DNA of 60,641 nt from Promethearchaeota archaeon (GTDB lineage Archaea; Asgardarchaeota; Heimdallarchaeia; Hodarchaeales; Hodarchaeaceae). The stretch lies in the NCBI GenBank assembly GCA_048939265.1, contig JBHLPQ010000002.1:1-60641 (forward strand), in the 5' to 3' direction. Below the pieces are notes generated by a model. The model saw only the letters and a list, made by a program, of their open reading frames with translations, had not been told where the DNA came from and ran no database searches. The stretch's first letter is position 1, and every line of letters starts with the position of its first letter. This document shows, one piece after another, positions 56,901 through 60,641 of the stretch. The translations under genes were made by a program, and so were the position numbers.

Positions 56901-59180
56901 GGATATAATCTAACCTCTATTGAAATCTTAGACCCCCAAGCTTACTTCATCATTCGTAATTGTCTGATATTCGGTGGGGATGGGATACTATTGATGAGGG
57001 CGAATGCAGGGGTGATTGAAGCGAACATAATTCTTGAAACAAGGGACGGTGTGGAATTACGTGAATGTTACGGGATTAACATCTCGAATAATCGAATTTT
57101 TGATTGTTACTCTCAAGGAATACATATAAGGGATTCCAGAAATTGCATTATAATTGAAAACCTTATGTACGGACAATCACTCCATGTAGATGAAGTCATT
57201 CTCCTTCAAAATTCTCAAAATTGTACAATAGAGAAGAATAATCTAACTCATAATAGTCATTGTGACTCAGTTATAAGCATAGAGTCAGGTGAAGATATCA
57301 TAATAAGAGCCAACTCTATAACCCATAATGAGGATGGGATTTTTATAAGAGGCTGGAAGGTAAGAATAAACAATAACACCATTTCCAACAATAATGGTGA
57401 TGCGATATACATTGGAGAGGGTTGGCGCGGGACTGAAATGACAATTTCTTACAATTCTATCTTTAACAATCGGAGAAACGGGATACGCCTAGATCATTGT
57501 TACCAAAGTGTAATCTCTGATAACATTATCTCTCATAACGGCGATTCTGGGATTTTTGGTTGGTTTTCTGGGGATACTCAAATCTCAAATAACATAATAT
57601 ACAATAATGATCAAGGCATTACCCTAAGGTACACGGAAGAGGAATCCTCTAACGGACCATATCGAGTAATTGACAACTATTTGAGAGATAACCGAGATGC
57701 AGGATTATATTTACAGGAGTCATATTCTAATGTGATCTTGAATAATAGATTTGAAAATAATGGGATAACCATGTATCAGAGTGAAACAGTGGACAAATGT
57801 TTGCAATCAGAAGTGAGAGGAAATACCATAAATGGGAAACCAATAGTCTTTTGGCAGAACGAAAGGGACAAAAGGATAACTCAGCAAGATATTGGGCAAA
57901 TAATCTTGATAAATTGTGAGTCAATAGAAATAATAGGACTGGAATTATCCAACTGTTCTACTGGAATCGTAGCTCTTCATTGTAACAACTTGATCATAGC
58001 TTCAAACACGATTACGTCTACATCTCAGGGAATATACCTTGGTTATTGTAGTGAAGTTCAAATCTACAATAATCATTTACTCAATATCGAAGATGACGAG
58101 GGGATTTATGTGTACAGCGGGGAGTGTATCATCTCGCACAATGTAATTCAGGAGAGTAAAGCAGGTATTTCTATTTCCAAAGCCGATAGGTGTGAGATCA
58201 CAAATAATTGGATTCAGGTAAGATACTATGGAATCACAATAAGTTATAGTTCCAGTTTTGTAGTCTCTCAGAATACTCTAATAGTAAGAATTGAATTTGG
58301 GATTTCTATAAGGGAGAGTAATCATGGATTTATTCAAAAAAATCTGATTTCTTGCGACTATGACGGAATCAGAGTTAGTCACACTCACAACAGTCTCATT
58401 CAATATAATTATCTCATGGGAAGTCGTGGTTACACAATTGATTTAGGCGCAAGCAACAATAACACCATAACACAAAATATCTTCATATTTTATGAGGGAT
58501 ATCGAGAAGGAGATTCACAGGGGTATGAATATGATGGGGAGAATAATACCTTCACCATGAATTTCTGGAGTGAATGGCCACTCCCCGACGCGAATTCGGA
58601 TGGATTTGGTGACACGCCTTACCCAATAGACCGTTCTCCCAACTTTGATTATTATCCGTTAATAGTACCTCCACATTTTATGTCATCTCCTATTTTGAAT
58701 ACTACTATATGTTACCAAACGATTTCTGGGGTGACTGAAATTGAATGGCTTCCCTGTAATGACAGTTTAGATCACACTATCACTTATTCTTTATACTATT
58801 CACGAAATAATGGGAAAACATGGAATCTGTTGGTTTCCGATCTCATAGAAACGATCTATTCTTGGGATACAACGACAGTATTTGACGGAGAATATCTTCT
58901 CAAACTCGTTTGCTCCTGTGAAGCAGGGTATACTGAAGCAAGTCAAACACCAATAACCTTTAAAATATTCAATAATCAACCTCCTCCCGAAACATCAACC
59001 CTACCAACTTCTACTACTTCACCTAGCTCCACTACCCCTAACTTGCCAGTTGCTCCAACATCAGAAACCTCAGTTCATTCCTCTGAAATACCTCCACTGA
59101 AACCCGCATCAGGGTGGTCAATAGTTATGCTTATCATTTCGACTGGAGTATTAGTCTCGATTAGAAAAATTAAACGATAA
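53922..59180 (+). CDS. Giant (1752 aa) surface protein: two beta-helix modules plus Ig-like domains, C-terminal anchor
   Basis: Signal peptide. Module starts are similar (PPILIDNNTDFASQSSSKGWPGQGTELEPYIL near 54060; DPIYIENNSDFESQASLNGWDGDGSETTPYII near 56800). Each module ends in FWSEW..PD.N.DGF.D.PY (about 56070-56150 and 58562-58640), followed by ~95-aa Ig-like domains. An S/T/P-rich linker, TM and KIKR tail close the protein. Confidence 0.9.
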   Translation: MKKYWMLSIIIVIMLGIPFGLFNQISLNKKATNLSKMDPDVGCKILDVSPPILIDNNTDFASQSSSKGWPGQGTELEPYILQNLNISNTESGLIHVRNTDCHFIITDCFLSGLGGSYWGIVFSNVSNAQIINTTSVHLKGGAFSIWGSKHITIMNCTSHIERGDMIGRSSNIRIINNTLNQTGDYSYNDLLTVDETSDSEIRNNTLFQPSSTYGIKIEESNNNVISDNLLNNSSIFLRRSEKNTIINNTGSTSRISLDETTNSSISKNKVNSLSLSYHSKNNTVQNNTILSGLSLRESGNNVVVNNTMGRGISIYGDELGDYIQRKVVNNTIKGKKLVYWQHVSQSTLPVDVSQIILINCSSIDISNREFTHESRGLYAVHCTSISVEQNNFNWSYLIFSSVNQSSISNNEFKHGDLNIYSSNELIIENNQLESDSDIDFSESKNCSILDNNLNNPYQGVTLSHSDFMEISNNEIMNSQRTGIELTYSDNTTIIANNVSHAAEYGIYLLYSDENSIHSNRIWNSTQDGIYQYRSDRNKICFNVLYENLNGIMFSSKCLESLICGNHIFRNSETGIFMDGGTASSYYPKDNFILNNLIYNNDREGILLYNSGSNDLLNNTIYDNGLSGLYMYDAGGNLVSVNSIFNNNGEGVSISSSSSNDIIGNTIYNNIEYGINITSSNHNEVYSNNFIDNNLQGDTQAYDVGHYGDYVNIFEGNFWSEWTEPDINDDGFVDVPYEIDGEDNTTDAFPLTSQAAFLTSPLIIHPQKDDTVSRVIEISWYTFHSQDKDVTYSIQVLNYDYAYEWFVIASDVKSTTYIWDSLGFVDGECYLRIVAEAEDGLSAESLVRIVIHNHFLTDISIISPASEDKVLTGTILVEWTSVNDSLDHSIVYDVFISPNGGIDWEPIETGVSVTKSLFDTTSVPDGFDYKFKVVARCAEGLQVEKESDRTYILNYLEYMYHDPIYIENNSDFESQASLNGWDGDGSETTPYIIEGYNLTSIEILDPQAYFIIRNCLIFGGDGILLMRANAGVIEANIILETRDGVELRECYGINISNNRIFDCYSQGIHIRDSRNCIIIENLMYGQSLHVDEVILLQNSQNCTIEKNNLTHNSHCDSVISIESGEDIIIRANSITHNEDGIFIRGWKVRINNNTISNNNGDAIYIGEGWRGTEMTISYNSIFNNRRNGIRLDHCYQSVISDNIISHNGDSGIFGWFSGDTQISNNIIYNNDQGITLRYTEEESSNGPYRVIDNYLRDNRDAGLYLQESYSNVILNNRFENNGITMYQSETVDKCLQSEVRGNTINGKPIVFWQNERDKRITQQDIGQIILINCESIEIIGLELSNCSTGIVALHCNNLIIASNTITSTSQGIYLGYCSEVQIYNNHLLNIEDDEGIYVYSGECIISHNVIQESKAGISISKADRCEITNNWIQVRYYGITISYSSSFVVSQNTLIVRIEFGISIRESNHGFIQKNLISCDYDGIRVSHTHNSLIQYNYLMGSRGYTIDLGASNNNTITQNIFIFYEGYREGDSQGYEYDGENNTFTMNFWSEWPLPDANSDGFGDTPYPIDRSPNFDYYPLIVPPHFMSSPILNTTICYQTISGVTEIEWLPCNDSLDHTITYSLYYSRNNGKTWNLLVSDLIETIYSWDTTTVFDGEYLLKLVCSCEAGYTEASQTPITFKIFNNQPPPETSTLPTSTTSPSSTTPNLPVAPTSETSVHSSEIPPLKPASGWSIVMLIISTGVLVSIRKIKR

Positions 59181-59257
59181 GATAAATTCGATTACATGAT
59201 TGAGAGGTGAACCAGATGCCAAAGGTTAGAGCTGACGCTTGGTATACAAATCTATAT

Positions 59258-59494
59258 TCATGGGGACGATGCAAGAGTACGTTTTCCTGTTTGTTTATTC
59301 ACCTGCCGCGTTAAAGTTGTGATCAAACTTGTATTATCGGTACCTAGTAGTTTCAATTGATCATCATAGAAACGAAAACCATAGTTAACAGGAAAATAAG
59401 TCACATCATTATATGTTTGATTAGCATTTTCAATAGTAAATGTATATTTCTTGGTAAACTCGACAATCTTATCAGATAATGATTTAATTGACAC
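59258..59494 (-). CDS. Hypothetical small protein
   Basis: 78-aa ORF; no recognisable motif. Confidence 0.4.
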   Translation of the reverse strand: MSIKSLSDKIVEFTKKYTFTIENANQTYNDVTYFPVNYGFRFYDDQLKLLGTDNTSLITTLTRQVNKQTGKRTLASSP

Positions 59495-59647
59495 AGTCTA
59501 GACGGTGATTTGTAATGACGATTCTGAAAAATAGACTAAACTTACCGTCATTTGTTGGTAATGTGTCTTTCTTCTTCTTCATATCACTTATTTTGTGCTC
59601 TTGAACTATATCAAGGTTTCTTGTTATACTTTTCTTTGCACAAAGCA

Positions 59648-59712
59648 TACAGACATCAGATCATTTGCTCTCTACTTGAAGTCAACGGTTCCTTAAGCCA
59701 GTAGTGGCGAGA
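59648..59712 (+). repeat. R element copy with internal deletion (5' part fused to a 3'-end-like AGTAGTGGCGAG)
   Basis: TACAGACATCAGATCATTTGCTCTCTACTTGAAGTCAACGGTTCCTTAAGCCAGTAGTGGCGAGA; abuts the stop of ORF 59714-60115. Confidence 0.7.
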
Positions 59713-59713
59713 T

Positions 59714-60115
59714 TTAGCTTACAACATACCCAATCGAAAAGTAAAACTGGGAATAGGTGAAGTAATTATCTTCAATAAGGGATTGGATACGATTCCATTC
59801 CTCCTGGGGAGTTTCTAAAAGCACACTGCTTTCATGAGTCGGGGGGTCGATTAAGAAAGTGATAGCTTGGTACAGAGTAGGATAATCGGTGAAATCTAGG
59901 TGAGTAATATTCAGAAAGGGATGGAGAAGAGCAGCCACTTCGTCTTCAGAGAGGAGCTCGACATCGATACCATAATAGACGGTTTCCCCAACAAAACAGC
60001 CAGATAAAAGAAATATACCGATCAGGAAAACCCCAACGAGAGAATGAGTGGAAGAAAAGAGAGGGAGAGACACAAAATTATCTTCCTTGCCATCCTCAGA
60101 GGGCATGGTATTCAC
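59714..60115 (-). CDS. Lipoprotein-like small secreted protein, paralog of 34445-34825
   Basis: 133 aa; TM/signal with Cys; shared NITHLDFTDYPTLYQAITFLIDP...FTYSQFYFSIGYVVS. Confidence 0.7.
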   Translation of the reverse strand: MNTMPSEDGKEDNFVSLPLFSSTHSLVGVFLIGIFLLSGCFVGETVYYGIDVELLSEDEVAALLHPFLNITHLDFTDYPTLYQAITFLIDPPTHESSVLLETPQEEWNRIQSLIEDNYFTYSQFYFSIGYVVS

Positions 60116-60154
60116 CGAAAGTTGAAAAAAAGCGTTTGCTGTAGCGACAAATTT

Positions 60155-60246
60155 CTACTACATCCCAGTATAAAAACTATCTGACGAAAGATTTTGGGAA
60201 CAAATTTCACTTTTCAATCAAGTCGCCTGGGTGCGATTAGTGGCAG
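60155..60246 (+). repeat. R element copy (5' part degenerate)
   Basis: ...CTATCTGACGAAAGATTTTGGGAACAAATTTCACTTTTCAATCAAGTCGCCTGGGTGCGATTAGTGGCAG. Confidence 0.8.
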
Positions 60247-60346
60247 AACAATATTACTATTGATTTTGAGGTCTTCTTCCAGAATGGATTCCTCAGGTGG
60301 ATCGAAAGGTAATATTTTTAAGACCAAGTGGTATTACTTTTTATGA

Positions 60347-60598
60347 ATGATCATGCCAACAATGAGTACCAAAATCCCAGAAACCCTGAAAAAACGGATC
60401 GAAAAACTATCTCATATAAATTGGAGTGAAGTAATGAGAACAGCAGTTCTGAAAAGAGTTGAAGAGGAAGAGAAAAGAATTATGGAGCGGGATAGGAAGC
60501 TGATTGATCAGACAATACAAAAGATGGATCAATTGCGGAGAAAGGCCAAGGGAAACACCACAAAGGAATTAAGAGCATGGCGAGAGATCAGACATTAG
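60347..60598 (+). CDS. vapB: VapB-type antitoxin (paralog of 29805-30062)
   Basis: 83 aa; INWSEVMRTAVLKRV matches VNWSEVIRVAIKERL; followed by a PIN gene. Confidence 0.65.
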   Translation: MIMPTMSTKIPETLKKRIEKLSHINWSEVMRTAVLKRVEEEEKRIMERDRKLIDQTIQKMDQLRRKAKGNTTKELRAWREIRH

Positions 60599-60641
60599 TT
60601 GTTGACGCATCTGTTGCACTCAAATGGTTTGTAGACGAAAT
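60576..60641 (+). CDS. vapC: PIN-domain toxin VapC, 5' fragment (runs off the window)
   Basis: Hand translation from ATG 60576 gives MARDQTLVVDASVALKWFVDE, matching IVVDASLVVKWFISEE of ORF 30059-30517. It overlaps vapB by 23 nt. Confidence 0.7.

Noticed and set aside
29637-60246. A bona fide integron (IntI plus attC array).
   Set aside because: No tyrosine-recombinase gene is present in the window and cassette genes face both directions. R lacks a consistent RYYYAAC / GTTRRRY pair; only the 33062 copy has CTTAAC...GTTAAGT. I keep this only as an architectural analogy.
1-60641. CRISPR arrays, tRNA and rRNA genes.
   Set aside because: I saw no regularly spaced short direct repeats with unique spacers, no T-loop/acceptor-like tRNA signatures (GGTTCGAATCC-type), and no rRNA-like conserved segments.

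Overview
AT-rich window (about mid-30s %GC by eye, with visibly GC-richer islands) that reads as an archaeal accessory region. Supporting signs are TATA-like boxes about 25-35 nt upstream of starts, GGTGA/GGAGG SD-like motifs, HerA/FtsK-type ATPases, beta-helix surface proteins with PGF-CTERM-like tails, and a degenerate Ras-like GTPase. The flavour is Asgard-like, but lineage cannot be proven from this window. I count about 55 protein genes. They include many secreted or anchored beta-helix, WD40 and propeller proteins, small zinc-ribbon and Cys-rich proteins, and PadR and ArsR regulators with membrane partners. There are also two VapBC pairs, an MFS transporter, a small sugar/polyamine-type block (saccharopine-dehydrogenase-like plus FGGY kinase), two HerA-like ATPases and several gene remnants. 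I saw no rRNA, tRNA or CRISPR array. Two linked and unexplained repeat systems dominate the window. (1) Five co-oriented paralogs of an unrecognisable ~510-aa protein with HTH-like segments (family A: 231, 5332, 21502, 30711, 40475). Each is followed by the same convergent module: TATA box, a 10-12-codon MPP-type micro-ORF, then a T-run abutting the A stop codon. (2) At least 20 copies of an ~85-125-nt bulged-palindromic intergenic repeat (R element). All copies lie in + orientation regardless of flanking gene orientation, cutting 15-60 kb into 1-3-gene cassettes, and some donate stop codons to ORFs. Family-A units are themselves bracketed by R copies and share their polarity. My leading hypothesis is a previously undescribed orientation-specific mobile or cassette-shuffling system, with family A plus its antisense module as the autonomous unit and R as its cognate site or non-autonomous derivative. 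This is inference only; no known recombinase motif is visible.
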